Assembly: GCA_023484085.1 (NCBI GenBank)
Contig: JAMDAS010000002.1
Span: 536-64,535 of the forward strand
Length of the DNA: 64,000 nt
Origin: Candidatus Omnitrophota bacterium
Lineage (GTDB): Bacteria > Ratteibacteria > UBA8468 > B48-G9 > DTJG01
Direction: 5' to 3'
Shown here one piece after another: positions 53,504 through 63,926 of this stretch (positions are counted from its first letter, which is position 1; every line of letters begins with the position of its first letter). The notes under the pieces are model-generated. The model saw only the letters and a list, made by a program, of their open reading frames with translations. It was not told the origin of the DNA and ran no database searches. Position numbers and translations under genes: made by a program.

Positions 53504-55134
53504 AAAAGATATTACTTCTCGGTTCAGGGCCGATAATTATAGGCCAGGCTTGTGAATTTGATTATTCCGGTTCACAGGCATGCAAGGCTTTGAAGGAAGA
53601 GGGATACAAGGTTATTTTAGTAAACAGTAATCCTGCAACGATTATGACAGACCCTGAATTGGCGGATGTTACATATATTGAGCCACTGATTCCGGAGGTT
53701 ATTGCTGAAATAATCAGAAAGGAAAAACCTGATGCACTATTGCCTACAATGGGTGGCCAGACAGCCCTTAATCTTACAGTCAGCCTGTCGGAAATGGGTA
53801 TCTTTGAGAAACATAAAGTGGATTTAATTGGTGCAAACATCCAGGCAATAAAAAAGGCTGAAGACAGGCAGCTTTTTAAATCCGCGATGATGAACATTGG
53901 ACTTACTGTTCCTGAAAGCGGGATAGCCTATTCAGTTGAAGAAAGCCTGAAAATCGCTTCAAAGATAGGATTTCCGTTTATAATAAGACCCAGTTTTACT
54001 CTTGGAGGAACCGGGGGGGCAATTGTTTATAACATAGATGAGTTGAGGGAATCAGTCCCCAAAGCCCTTGAGCTAAGCCTTAACCATGAAATTCTTCTTG
54101 AAAGGTCTGTTATTGGATGGAAAGAATTTGAGCTTGAGGTAATGAGAGATAAAAAAGATAATGTTGTTATTATCTGCGCCATAGAAAACTTTGACCCTAT
54201 GGGTATCCATACAGGGGATAGTATCACTGTTGTACCTGCCCAGACGCTTACTGACAGGGAATACCAGGATATGCGCGATGCCTCAATAAAAATAATAAGA
54301 GAGATAGGCGTGGAAACAGGCGGTTCAAATATTCAGTTTGCGATTAATCCCCAAAACGGGGAAATGGTCGTTATTGAAATGAATCCCCGTGTTTCAAGAA
54401 GCTCTGCACTTGCTTCAAAAGCAACAGGGTTTCCAATAGCAAAGATTGCGGCGAAACTTGCCGTTGGATATACACTTGATGAAATACCAAATGACATAAC
54501 AAAAAAGACACCCGCATGTTTTGAGCCGACGATTGACTACTGCGTAGTAAAAATTCCAAAATTTAACTTTGAGAAATTTCCCGGGGCAGAACCTTTTCTT
54601 AATACTTCCATGAAATCTGTTGGAGAAGTAATGGCAATAGGCAGGACTTTCAAGGAGGCTATCCAGAAAGGGATCCGTTCCCTTGAAGCAGGGTATTGCG
54701 GATTTGAAGAAAAAAAATTAAACATGGAATTAGATGAGTCGTTGAAAAATACCACACCCGAAAGACTTTTTTATATCCGGGAGGCTTTTAAAAGGGATTA
54801 TAGCATTGAAAAAATACACCAGCTTACGTTTATTGACCCATGGTTTCTTCACAATCTGAAAGAAATCTTTTCCCTGGAAACAGAACTCCGGGAGTATAAA
54901 AATCTTGATGTGCCGGCAGAATTATTAAAAAAAGCCAAAGAATATGGTTTTTCTGACATGCATATTGCAAAAATTTTATGTGAGAAAGAGGAAAACATCA
55001 GTATTTTAAGAGATAGATATAACATAATGGCGGACTATAAAATGGTTGATACGTGTGCAGGGGAATTTGAAGCTGAAACACCCTATTACTATTCAACCTA
55101 TAAACAATCTGACATGATTGAGGTGCGTGAATGA
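53482..55134 (+). CDS. carB: Carbamoyl-phosphate synthase large subunit, N-terminal half only (split carB)
   Basis: [21 protein letters not shown], first ATP-grasp ([32 protein letters not shown]) and the oligomerisation domain. It ends at about aa 550, where the full-length protein continues, and the next gene is guaA. Confidence 0.88.
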   Translation: MPKRKDIKKILLLGSGPIIIGQACEFDYSGSQACKALKEEGYKVILVNSNPATIMTDPELADVTYIEPLIPEVIAEIIRKEKPDALLPTMGGQTALNLTVSLSEMGIFEKHKVDLIGANIQAIKKAEDRQLFKSAMMNIGLTVPESGIAYSVEESLKIASKIGFPFIIRPSFTLGGTGGAIVYNIDELRESVPKALELSLNHEILLERSVIGWKEFELEVMRDKKDNVVIICAIENFDPMGIHTGDSITVVPAQTLTDREYQDMRDASIKIIREIGVETGGSNIQFAINPQNGEMVVIEMNPRVSRSSALASKATGFPIAKIAAKLAVGYTLDEIPNDITKKTPACFEPTIDYCVVKIPKFNFEKFPGAEPFLNTSMKSVGEVMAIGRTFKEAIQKGIRSLEAGYCGFEEKKLNMELDESLKNTTPERLFYIREAFKRDYSIEKIHQLTFIDPWFLHNLKEIFSLETELREYKNLDVPAELLKKAKEYGFSDMHIAKILCEKEENISILRDRYNIMADYKMVDTCAGEFEAETPYYYSTYKQSDMIEVRE

Positions 55135-56648
55135 TTGCTGTCCTGGATTTTGGTTCCCAGTATACGCAGCTTATTGCAAGAAGGGTACGTGAATTAAAGA
55201 TTTATAGCGAGATTTTTCCCTATAACGTTTCTGAGGAAACATTAAAAGAAAGAGGAATAAAGGTGATTATTCTTTCAGGAGGACCTGGTTCAGCCAATGA
55301 ACAAAAATCGTACCAGCCGGATAAAAGAATATTTAACGGGGATTACCTTGTTCTTGGAATATGCTATGGCATGCAGATTATGGGCAGGATTTTTGGATCA
55401 GATATTTCCAAAGGAAGCGTACGGGAGTATGGAAGAACAACGTTTTACCCGGAAAAGGACCCTGTATTTGAAGGAATAAAAGAGCCCGGAACCGTATGGA
55501 TGAGCCATTATGATGTTGTGGAAAACGTTCCTGAAGATTTTTATTCCATTGGCAAAACAGATACGTGTCCAATAGCAGCATTCAGAAATAAGAAGGGAAC
55601 GTTTTACGGTCTGCAGTTTCATCCCGAGGTTATTCATACGGAGGATGGAAAAAAAATACTTAAAAACTTCCTTTACAACATTGCAAAACTTAAACCTGAC
55701 TGGACGTCATCTTCAATGGTGGACGCGGCAGTAAAAGAAATAAAGGAAAAAGTGGGGACAAGCAAGGTTATATGTGCTTTAAGCGGCGGGGTTGATTCTT
55801 CAACCCTGGCTATGCTCGTTCACAGGGCAATAGGTGAAAACTCTCTTGTGGTTTTTGTTGATAATGGACTACTGAGGAAAGACGAAGGGAAGGAAATTGT
55901 GAAAAGGTTTTCATCTATCCTGAACATGAGATATATTGAAGCGAGTGATATTTTTCTTTCAAATCTCAAGGGGGTAAAGGACCCTGAGGAAAAAAGGAAA
56001 ATAATAGGAAATACCTTCATAAAAATATTTGAAAAACAGGCGGAAAATTTTGGAGCGCGTTTTCTTGCACAGGGAACTTTATATCCTGACCTGATTGAAA
56101 GTACTCCTGCTTTTGGAGGACCTACGGCAATAATAAAAACGCATCATAACGTTGGCGGATTGCCTGAAAAAATGAAACTGAAGCTTGTGGAACCGTTCAA
56201 ATACATGTTCAAGGATGAAGTAAGACTAATTGCAAAAAAAACAGGTCTTCCTGAAAGTATGATAGAGAGACATCCGTTCCCGGGTCCCGGTCTTGCGATA
56301 AGAATTATTGGTGAAATTGATGATGAAAAGCTTGAAATATTAAGAGATGCGGATGCCATATTTATTGAAGAAATTAAAAAAGCGCAGCTTTATAAGAAAA
56401 TATGGCAGGCGTTTACGGTTCTTCTGCCAATAAAAACAGTCGGCATAATGGGGGATATGAGAACGTACCAGTACGTTGTTTCTTTAAGAGCGGTAAAAAG
56501 CGTTGATGGTATGACTGCCGACTGGTATAAAATACCACAGCACGTTCTTGATAAGGTTTCAAACAGGATTGTCAACGAGGTTAAAAAAGTTAACAGGATT
56601 GTTTATGACATTACCTCCAAACCGCCCGCCACAATTGAATGGGAATAA
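55131..56648 (+). CDS. guaA: GMP synthase (glutamine-hydrolysing)
   Basis: GATase ICYGMQ, FHPEV, PP-loop SGGVDSS, and C-terminal KPPATIEWE. Confidence 0.95.
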   Translation: MIAVLDFGSQYTQLIARRVRELKIYSEIFPYNVSEETLKERGIKVIILSGGPGSANEQKSYQPDKRIFNGDYLVLGICYGMQIMGRIFGSDISKGSVREYGRTTFYPEKDPVFEGIKEPGTVWMSHYDVVENVPEDFYSIGKTDTCPIAAFRNKKGTFYGLQFHPEVIHTEDGKKILKNFLYNIAKLKPDWTSSSMVDAAVKEIKEKVGTSKVICALSGGVDSSTLAMLVHRAIGENSLVVFVDNGLLRKDEGKEIVKRFSSILNMRYIEASDIFLSNLKGVKDPEEKRKIIGNTFIKIFEKQAENFGARFLAQGTLYPDLIESTPAFGGPTAIIKTHHNVGGLPEKMKLKLVEPFKYMFKDEVRLIAKKTGLPESMIERHPFPGPGLAIRIIGEIDDEKLEILRDADAIFIEEIKKAQLYKKIWQAFTVLLPIKTVGIMGDMRTYQYVVSLRAVKSVDGMTADWYKIPQHVLDKVSNRIVNEVKKVNRIVYDITSKPPATIEWE

Positions 56649-56726
56649 GGCTTTCCCGCTTCCTGCAGATTTATTATGACCGCGATTCTTTGTGTGAATT
56701 ATGAGGATATGGTATTATAATCCATA

Positions 56727-57281
56727 ATGGATGCAATTGATTTAAAACCTGGTATGGTTATTGAAGTGGATGGCTCATTTTACTCTGTTATTTCTGCCAC
56801 ACACACACATGCCCAGCAAAGAAGGGCTGTTATAAGAGTAAAGGCGAAGGAATTGAAAACAGGAAGAGCCAATGAGTTTGTATGGCGCTCGGATTTCAGG
56901 ATAAACCATATACTTATTGAGGAGATATCCCTGTCCTATCTTTACAGGGATGCATCTGATTTTCATTTTATGAACAGCCTGACCTATGAAGAAATTGTCC
57001 TGTCATCTGATGTTATTGCTGATAAAAAAGTTTATCTGAAAGAGAATATGGAAGTAACAGGATTGGCATATGAAGGCAATGTTCTTGATATAAACATCCC
57101 AATATTTATGGAACTTAAAATTGTTGAAACAGAACCAGGGTTTAAAGGGGATACTGTCCAGTCTGCTAAAAAACCCGCAAAACTTGAAACAGGCCTTGTC
57201 ATACAGGTCCCGCTGTTTATAAATACCGGGGATACCGTAAAAATAGACACCAGAACAAACGAATATCAAACCCGGGTATAA
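56727..57281 (+). CDS. efp: Elongation factor P (atypical modification loop)
   Basis: 184 aa with the three-domain EF-P pattern (YLYRD..FHFMN..TYEE; ETEPGFKGDT; VQVPLFINTGD.VKIDTR..EY..RV). The loop reads HAQQRRA instead of KPGKGQA. Confidence 0.85.
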   Translation: MDAIDLKPGMVIEVDGSFYSVISATHTHAQQRRAVIRVKAKELKTGRANEFVWRSDFRINHILIEEISLSYLYRDASDFHFMNSLTYEEIVLSSDVIADKKVYLKENMEVTGLAYEGNVLDINIPIFMELKIVETEPGFKGDTVQSAKKPAKLETGLVIQVPLFINTGDTVKIDTRTNEYQTRV

Positions 57282-57323
57282 TACTAAGTGGGAAGTTTAT
57301 TATCAAACTTGGAGTAATGCCAA

Positions 57324-57779
57324 ATGAAGCCTGAAGAACTAAAAGAATACATTGAATTCATGAAAAAAGAAGGGCTTGTTTATCTTGAGGTCAGGAAAAA
57401 AGATTTTAACCTTGTTCTTAAGAAAGACAATGACCGGTTTGAAGAAACCCCTACTCTAATTAAAGAGGACATACCCCACCTTTCACAGGAACAGATTATT
57501 GAAGAATCCAGGAAGAAAATCCAGCATATTGCTAATACCATATATGTAAAATCCCCTCTTGTCGGCATGTTTTATCTTGCACCTTCCCCACATGCAAAGA
57601 CTTTTGTTGAAATTGGTTCTCACGTCCAAAAAGGGGATACGTTGTGTATTATTGAAGCAATGAAGGTTATGAATGAAATTAATGCTGATGAAAATGGCAT
57701 TGTAAAAGAAATTCTTGTTGAAACCGGAAAACCTGTTGAATTCGGGCAGCTATTGTTCATTCTTGAAGGCGAACAATGA
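57324..57779 (+). CDS. accB: Biotin carboxyl carrier protein AccB
   Basis: Biotinylation motif [11 protein letters not shown] and P/A-poor linker. It precedes accC with a 4-nt overlap. Confidence 0.93.
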   Translation: MKPEELKEYIEFMKKEGLVYLEVRKKDFNLVLKKDNDRFEETPTLIKEDIPHLSQEQIIEESRKKIQHIANTIYVKSPLVGMFYLAPSPHAKTFVEIGSHVQKGDTLCIIEAMKVMNEINADENGIVKEILVETGKPVEFGQLLFILEGEQ

Positions 57780-59134
57780 TAAAAAGAGTTTTTATAGCCA
57801 ATAGAGGGGAAATTGCATTAAGAATACTAAGGGCATGCAGGGAACTTCGGGTTACGTCTATCATTGGTTATTCCGAGGCAGACATAGACAGCCTTCCAGT
57901 AAAACTTAGTGATGAAAAAATTTGTATTGGCCCTTCCAAACCTATTGATAGTTATCTCAACATACCATCCATTGTATCCGCTCTTGAGGTTAAAGACTGC
58001 GATGCCGTACACCCGGGTTATGGTTTTCTTTCAGAAAACCCGTTTTTTGTTGAAATATGCTATAAATCAGGTATAACCTTTATTGGACCAAGCCCGGAAA
58101 ACCTGAAGCTTATGGGTGATAAATCTATGGCAAGAAGGGTCGTTCAGGAGCATGGACTGCCCATTATTCCTGGTTATGATAATGTTTCTGATCATAAAAA
58201 AGCCCTGAAATATGCAGGTAAGTTCGGGTTTCCTTTAATAATAAAAGCTTCTGCAGGCGGTGGCGGAAGAGGAATGCGGATTGTACGGGATGAAAAAGAA
58301 TTTGAAAATTTCTGGCATGCCTGCCAGCATGAGGCAAAAATAGCCTTTGATAATCCCAGCCTTTACATAGAAAAATACATAGAAAGGCCCCGGCACATTG
58401 AAGTCCAGGTAATCGTGGACAAAAAGGGAAAAGCCCTGATTTTCCCTGAGAGGGATTGTTCCCTTCAAAGAAGACATCAAAAACTTATTGAAGAAAGCCC
58501 GTCCCCCATAATAGATTCTTCTCTCAGAAGAAAATTCCAGAAAATATCCGCAAGGATTTGCAAGGTAACAAATTACAGGAATGTAGGGACAATAGAATAC
58601 CTTTTTGATGGTATTTCCCATCCATACTTTTTGGAAATGAATACAAGAATACAGGTTGAACACCCTGTAACAGAGGTTATTACAGGGATAGACATTGTAA
58701 AGGAACAGATAGAGACTGCATCCGGGGAAACCCTGAAGTATCCTTTTTATTTTGTTCCATTTTGCGGCCATAGTATAGAATGCAGAATAAATGCCGAGGA
58801 CCCTCAAAAAAATTTTATGCCATCCCCGGGTAAAATAAAAAAACTGATTCTTCCAGGCGGGCCGGGAATAAGAGTTGATACCCATATATATGAAGGATAT
58901 ACCGTACCGCCATATTATGATAGTCTTATTGCAAAGATTATAAGTTTTGGTTCTACAAGGGAAGAGGCAATCGCAAGAATGCAAAGGGCATTGAAAGAAA
59001 TCGTTATAGAAGGAATATCAACGACCATAGATTTCCATAGAAACGTTTTTGAGCATCCCATATTTTTAAGTGGCAGGTATTATGTTGGATGGCTTGAAAA
59101 ATTTGGTGAAGAGGAGGAAAATGGCAAACGGTGA
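57776..59134 (+). CDS. accC: Biotin carboxylase AccC
   Basis: [29 protein letters not shown], and [14 protein letters not shown]. Confidence 0.95.
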   Translation: MIKRVFIANRGEIALRILRACRELRVTSIIGYSEADIDSLPVKLSDEKICIGPSKPIDSYLNIPSIVSALEVKDCDAVHPGYGFLSENPFFVEICYKSGITFIGPSPENLKLMGDKSMARRVVQEHGLPIIPGYDNVSDHKKALKYAGKFGFPLIIKASAGGGGRGMRIVRDEKEFENFWHACQHEAKIAFDNPSLYIEKYIERPRHIEVQVIVDKKGKALIFPERDCSLQRRHQKLIEESPSPIIDSSLRRKFQKISARICKVTNYRNVGTIEYLFDGISHPYFLEMNTRIQVEHPVTEVITGIDIVKEQIETASGETLKYPFYFVPFCGHSIECRINAEDPQKNFMPSPGKIKKLILPGGPGIRVDTHIYEGYTVPPYYDSLIAKIISFGSTREEAIARMQRALKEIVIEGISTTIDFHRNVFEHPIFLSGRYYVGWLEKFGEEEENGKR

Positions 59135-59483
59135 AGAAAAAAAGATAGGCTCAGTAAAAATTGAGGATGAAGTCTTGGGGGCAATTGCATCTATAACTGC
59201 AAAAAAAATTTTAGGTGTTCACAAGATAGCCACAAGTTTTGTGGGCGGCATTATGCAGCTCATTAAAAAAGTTCCTGATGCAGGAGTAAAGGTTGTAGTC
59301 AGAGAGGGGGAGGTAAATCTTGAATTGGGACTGATAGTAGACTATGGTATAAACATACCGGAAATTACATGGAAGGTCCAGAAAACTATAAAAGAGGAGA
59401 TAGAAAAAGCATCCGGGTTAAAGGTTGTCAAAATAGACGTGTTTGTTGAAGGTGTTTACTATCCGGAGGAGGAGAAAAAATGA
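59121..59483 (+). CDS. Asp23/Gls24 family envelope stress protein
   Basis: The pattern IEDEVLGAIASITA..I.GV ... VDYG.NIPEI...VQ..I...IE...GL.V..IDV.V.GV. The start is taken at ATG 59121; the ORF track starts at 59070 inside accC. Confidence 0.75.
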   Translation: MANGEEKKIGSVKIEDEVLGAIASITAKKILGVHKIATSFVGGIMQLIKKVPDAGVKVVVREGEVNLELGLIVDYGINIPEITWKVQKTIKEEIEKASGLKVVKIDVFVEGVYYPEEEKK

Positions 59484-60133
59484 TAGATTTACACACACAT
59501 TCTCTTTTAAGTGACGGGGCACTGCTTCCTTCTGAACTTGCCAGAAGAGCTGAAGAAAAGGGTTATCATGTAATAGCCATTACCGACCATGTTGATTTTT
59601 CAAACGTTGAAAGAGTTATACCTTCAGTAATAAAATCCGCTGAACACATTAACCGTTCAATGAAAATAAGAGCCATTGCCGGCTGTGAAATAACCCATAT
59701 ATCTCCACTTGAAATTCCTGTTATTGTCCAGCTCTGCAGAAAATTGGGTGCACAAATTATCGTTATGCATGGAGAAACCCCGGTTGAACCTGTAGCAAAA
59801 GGCACAAACAGGAAAGCCATTGAATCAGGTATAGATATCCTTGCCCATCCGGGATTACTTTCAGAAGACGAGGCATCACTGGCTGTAGAAAATAATGTCT
59901 ATGTTGAAATCACGACAAGAAAAGGACATTGCCTCGGAAATGGAAGGGTCGTTCAGTTATGGTATAGGTATGGGTTCCGGCTTATTCTTAATACAGACAC
60001 CCATCAGCCGGATGACCTTATTGATGATGAATTTGCAAAAAAGATTTCCCTGGGTGCCGGTGTCAACCCTTCTGAAGTAAATACAATTCTACAAAACAGC
60101 CACACACTTGCAAACAGTATCCTTAACATGTAA
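59480..60133 (+). CDS. PHP domain metal-dependent phosphoesterase
   Basis: IDLHTHSLLSDG N-terminus, ITDH, further His motifs (MHGE, AHPG), and NTDTH near the C-terminus. Confidence 0.8.
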   Translation: MIDLHTHSLLSDGALLPSELARRAEEKGYHVIAITDHVDFSNVERVIPSVIKSAEHINRSMKIRAIAGCEITHISPLEIPVIVQLCRKLGAQIIVMHGETPVEPVAKGTNRKAIESGIDILAHPGLLSEDEASLAVENNVYVEITTRKGHCLGNGRVVQLWYRYGFRLILNTDTHQPDDLIDDEFAKKISLGAGVNPSEVNTILQNSHTLANSILNM

Positions 60134-60135
60134 TT

Positions 60136-60816
60136 ATGGAAAACAAAATTGCCGTTGTTTTGTGCGGACTTGAAAAAGAAAAAAAGCTTAAAGAAGTATT
60201 CTCTGACGTTAAATGGGTTGAAGTCAGAATTGATATGTTTTTAAAAATTTTCCCGGAAGAAAAACTTATCCCGTATCTTAAAAAAACAAGAGAAAATTTT
60301 CATGGTAATATCATTGGGACAGTAAGGTGGTTCAAAGAACAGGATAAAGAAAAAACATACATAAAAGAAACAAAAAGAAGAGAGATATATGAAAAAATTA
60401 TTCCCTATGTTGACTATCTTGATATAGAAATCAAAAGCAGGCTCGCTCCTAAAATAGTTAAGATTTCAAAAAGCAAAAACAGAAAAACAATACTTTCTTA
60501 TCATAATTTTAAAAAAATCCCTTCTGTAAAGAAATTGAAGAGCCTATATCAAAAAGCAGAGCTGTTAAATCCTGACATTTTCAAATTGGCAGTACAAATA
60601 AACAAAACATCTGAATTCCTTTCTTTAATGAATCTTGCAATTAAATGGAAGCAGACGGTTTTAATCGTTCCTATGGGTATGCCGGGAATATTCAGGTTTA
60701 TTCCTCTCTATTACGGTTCTCCTTTTACGTATGTATTCCTTGAAAAGCCCTCAGCTTCCGGACAGTTTTCTTATGAAACATTCAACTCATACAAAAAGTT
60801 GAAAGATTTTTATTAA
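60136..60816 (+). CDS. aroD: Type I 3-dehydroquinate dehydratase
   Basis: 226 aa with an AroD-like pattern (VEVRIDMF, TVR...E, YLDIE, ILSYHNF..P, FKLAV). This is a moderate match by eye. Confidence 0.65.
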   Translation: MENKIAVVLCGLEKEKKLKEVFSDVKWVEVRIDMFLKIFPEEKLIPYLKKTRENFHGNIIGTVRWFKEQDKEKTYIKETKRREIYEKIIPYVDYLDIEIKSRLAPKIVKISKSKNRKTILSYHNFKKIPSVKKLKSLYQKAELLNPDIFKLAVQINKTSEFLSLMNLAIKWKQTVLIVPMGMPGIFRFIPLYYGSPFTYVFLEKPSASGQFSYETFNSYKKLKDFY

Positions 60817-60864
60817 AGTGGTAAAATCTTTTATATCTGAAAAAACCATACCATATTACAAAGG

Positions 60865-60997
60865 GTAAATACTCAAGTAGAACGGTGTTTGAAATAAGTT
60901 TGGATTGTCTTTGAGGATTTGTTTGAAAGAACGTTTTTACAAAGATGAGAAGAGCAATCCGGAACTTATTTCTTACTTCAGCTCAGTGAATATTTGC
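60865..60997 (+). repeat. Long-palindrome intergenic repeat, copy 3 (shorter right arm)
   Basis: 133 bp and nearly identical to copy 1 across GTTTGAAATAAGTTTGGATTGTCTTTGA...AGAAGAGCAATCC(A/G)GAACTTATTTC. It ends 3 nt before the RBS of the PIN-TRAM gene. Confidence 0.85.
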
Positions 60998-61011
60998 CAA
61001 AGGAGAAACTT

Positions 61012-61983
61012 ATGGGACTTTATATTATCAGGGGATTTTTTATTATACTGTTATCCCTTGCAGGATCTTTTTATTTACCACAAAATAAAATAGAAGGCGT
61101 GTTGATAGGTTTGCTTGGCAGTCTTGCCGTTATAGGAATTGAAAAGTTTCTTGAAAAAATTCCTTTTAAAAAAATCCTGATGGGAATTATCGGGCTTCTT
61201 ATCGGGCTTCTTACGGCAATCTTAATCGCTAATTTTTTACTTCTTGCACCTTTTCAGACAGAACAGGGAATAATTGCTACAAGATTTATACTTTATGCTG
61301 TTTTTTCCTATCTTGGAATTGTTTTTGGAATAAGGTCTGTTGGGGAACTTGGATTTTTTTTCCCATATTTTCATAGTATGAAAGGACCCGGGGAAAGTAT
61401 AATCGTTATAGATAGCAGCGTTGCCATAGATGGGCGAATATATGACCTGATGAAAAGCCACTTTTTTGAAGGCACGATTATTATTCCTTCTTTTATAGCC
61501 AATGAATTACAGGAACTTGGGGATTCTTCCAGTGAAATGAAACGGCAGAGAGGAAGAAGAGGATTAGAGACGTTGAAAAAACTTCAGGAAGACAGTTCCA
61601 TTGAAACAAAATTTTATGAAGAATCCTATCCTGAGATAGAAAGCGTGGACTCAAAACTCGTAAAATTATCCCTGGACCTTAAAGCAAAACTTCTTACAAA
61701 TGATTTTAATCTCGCAAAAGTAGCAGAGGTGCAGGACATAAAGGTTTTAAATCTCAATACACTTGCCGTTGTAATGAAACCGAAGCTTGCCTCCGGGGAG
61801 GTATGGAACATAAAGGTGGTAAAGGAAGGGAAAGAGTTTGGTCAGGGAATTGGATATCTTGAGGATGGAACAATGATAGTTATAGAAGAAGGTGCAAAAT
61901 TTGTAGGAAAAAACATAGACATAATCATAGATACGTCAATTCAAACTTCAACCGGAAGGATTATCTTTGCAAAAGTTAAATGA
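61012..61983 (+). CDS. PIN/TRAM domain membrane protein (YacL-like)
   Basis: Four N-terminal TM helices, a PIN domain (IIVIDSSVAIDGRI, LTNDFNL) and a C-terminal TRAM-like barrel. The start is at ATG 61012 after AAGGAG; the ORF-track start 60994 lies inside the repeat. Confidence 0.85.
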   Translation: MGLYIIRGFFIILLSLAGSFYLPQNKIEGVLIGLLGSLAVIGIEKFLEKIPFKKILMGIIGLLIGLLTAILIANFLLLAPFQTEQGIIATRFILYAVFSYLGIVFGIRSVGELGFFFPYFHSMKGPGESIIVIDSSVAIDGRIYDLMKSHFFEGTIIIPSFIANELQELGDSSSEMKRQRGRRGLETLKKLQEDSSIETKFYEESYPEIESVDSKLVKLSLDLKAKLLTNDFNLAKVAEVQDIKVLNLNTLAVVMKPKLASGEVWNIKVVKEGKEFGQGIGYLEDGTMIVIEEGAKFVGKNIDIIIDTSIQTSTGRIIFAKVK

Positions 61984-62717
61984 TAAGTTCCGTAATCGCT
62001 GGTGCCGGTAAAGGCAGAAGATTTAAAGGTAACATCCCCAAGGTTTTCCATGAACTGAATGGCAGGGAAATAATAGAATATAGCCTTGAAACCTTTCAAA
62101 GAATAGATAAAGTTACTGAGATAATACTTGTTCTTCCTTATAAATGGACTGAACATAAGAGATTTAAAAAGCTGAAAAAAGATTTCCCTAAATTGAAGTG
62201 TATCATACCAGGAGGCAGATTCAGGGAGGAATCTGTTTATAATGGATTAATTAATTGCTCAGGACAAAATAAAATAGTTCTTATCCATGATGGCGCAAGG
62301 CCATTGGCAGATATGTCTCTTATAGAAAAAGTGATAAATAATACAAAAAAACATGGAGCATGTATTCCTGTTTATGAAATATTCGGTTCCGTAAAAACAG
62401 CAAAGAATGGTTTTCTTGAAAAAACCATGGAAAACAGTAAATATTTCGTTGCCCAGACACCACAGGGTTTTGATAAAGATTTATTGATTTCCCTGATGGA
62501 GAAAATAAAACGTCATTTTGAAACATTTCCTGATGAGTCTTCAATATTCAGACATTTTGGATATAACGTAAAAATAATAAGAGGCGATCTGGAGAATATA
62601 AAAATAACTACAAAGGAAGAATTAAAAATGGCAGAAAGACTGCTTTCTGCATCCTCATCTGAATCTTCTCCCCTTACTTTGTCCCGCTTTGGCGGAAGAG
62701 AAAAGGAATATGAATAG
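61980..62717 (+). CDS. ispD: 2-C-methyl-D-erythritol 4-phosphate cytidylyltransferase
   Basis: VIAGAGKGRRF P-loop, IHDGARP, QTPQGF. It has a short S-rich C-terminal tail that overlaps argJ. Confidence 0.9.
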   Translation: MISSVIAGAGKGRRFKGNIPKVFHELNGREIIEYSLETFQRIDKVTEIILVLPYKWTEHKRFKKLKKDFPKLKCIIPGGRFREESVYNGLINCSGQNKIVLIHDGARPLADMSLIEKVINNTKKHGACIPVYEIFGSVKTAKNGFLEKTMENSKYFVAQTPQGFDKDLLISLMEKIKRHFETFPDESSIFRHFGYNVKIIRGDLENIKITTKEELKMAERLLSASSSESSPLTLSRFGGREKEYE

Positions 62718-63912
62718 CAAAAGAGAATCTGTATGCTTTCCTGAAGGATTTTTAGCCGGCGGGCTAAGTTGTGGAATCAAAAAAGATGGGGGGAAAGACC
62801 TTGCCCTTATTTTTTCTCCATCAGAGTGTATTTCTGCGGCAACGTTTACGACAAACCGTGTAAAATCGTACTCTGTTTTATGGTCTATCAGAAATATTAA
62901 AAATCCAATAAATGCAATCCTGATAAATAGTGGAAATGCAAATGCTGCCTGTGGAGAGGAAGGGTGGAATATAACCGTAAGAATTATGGAAGAGCTTTCC
63001 GCCGCGTTAAATGTTCCTGCAAAAAAGATTCTTTTTGCTTCAACAGGATTGATAGGTAATACATTACCGGAGGAAACTATAAACAAATCATTAAAAACAC
63101 TTGTGGAAAGATTATCATCTCAAAGTGGAATGGATGCTGCAGAATCAATTATTACAACAGACAGGACAATAAAGACAGAGAACATCATTACCTCTATCCC
63201 CGGCAGAAAAAAAAACAGCCATGTAAAATTGGGTGCTATGGCAAAGGGAGCAGGGATGATAAACCCGAATATGGCTACAATGCTTGCATTCATTACGACA
63301 GATGCGGTTATTTCAAAAGAGCTCTTACATCTTGCTCTTAAAGAGGCTGTTGGTGAGAGCTTCAATATGCTCACAATTGATAATGATCAGAGCACAAATG
63401 ATACTGTTTTTTGTCTTGCAAACGGGAAAGCCGGTAATAAAAATATCAGACAGAATTCCGAAGAATTTGCTGTTTTCTACAGGGCATTAAAGGACGTATG
63501 TATAAGTCTTGCCAAAAAGATTGCCAAAGATGGTGAAGGGGCAAAAAAATTTATTGAAGTGTCTGTTTATGACGCATGGAGCAAAAAAGATGCAAGAAGA
63601 ATTGCAAAAAGGATTGCGGGGTCAAACCTTGTTAAAACAGCGATTGCCGGCGAATGGCCAAACTGGGGAAGAATTATGGCAGCGGCGGGCTCTGTTTGTG
63701 CCCGCATGGACCTTTCAAAACTCAAACTTGAGATAGGTCAATGGACAGTATATAATAAAAATCCGGTAAAAATTAACGGGTCAGCCTTAAAAGATTATCT
63801 TTCCGGGAATGAGATTAACATAAAAATACATGTAGCCATGGGAAAGGAAAGTGCTACTGCATGGGGATGTGACTTAACTGAAGATTATGTAAATATAAAC
63901 AAAAGAGAATAA
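62710..63912 (+). CDS. argJ: Bifunctional ornithine acetyltransferase / N-acetylglutamate synthase ArgJ
   Basis: GF.AGG..CGIKK, autoprocessing site ATMLAFITTDA, and TIDNDQSTNDT. The start is at ATG 62710. Confidence 0.93.
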   Translation: MNSKRESVCFPEGFLAGGLSCGIKKDGGKDLALIFSPSECISAATFTTNRVKSYSVLWSIRNIKNPINAILINSGNANAACGEEGWNITVRIMEELSAALNVPAKKILFASTGLIGNTLPEETINKSLKTLVERLSSQSGMDAAESIITTDRTIKTENIITSIPGRKKNSHVKLGAMAKGAGMINPNMATMLAFITTDAVISKELLHLALKEAVGESFNMLTIDNDQSTNDTVFCLANGKAGNKNIRQNSEEFAVFYRALKDVCISLAKKIAKDGEGAKKFIEVSVYDAWSKKDARRIAKRIAGSNLVKTAIAGEWPNWGRIMAAAGSVCARMDLSKLKLEIGQWTVYNKNPVKINGSALKDYLSGNEINIKIHVAMGKESATAWGCDLTEDYVNINKRE

Positions 63913-63926
63913 ACTTAAATAATTCT

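Noticed and set aside
58235-58984. 249-aa antisense ORF inside accC. Many similar long shadow ORFs occur elsewhere (for example 3192..3647, 4573..4962, 24601..25162, 33361..33891, 41617..42114, 62655..63086).
   Set aside because: Each lies fully inside a gene with strong family motifs on the other strand. Their translations are low-complexity or Cys/Phe/Ser-rich with no motifs. These are typical shadow ORFs of AT-rich coding DNA.
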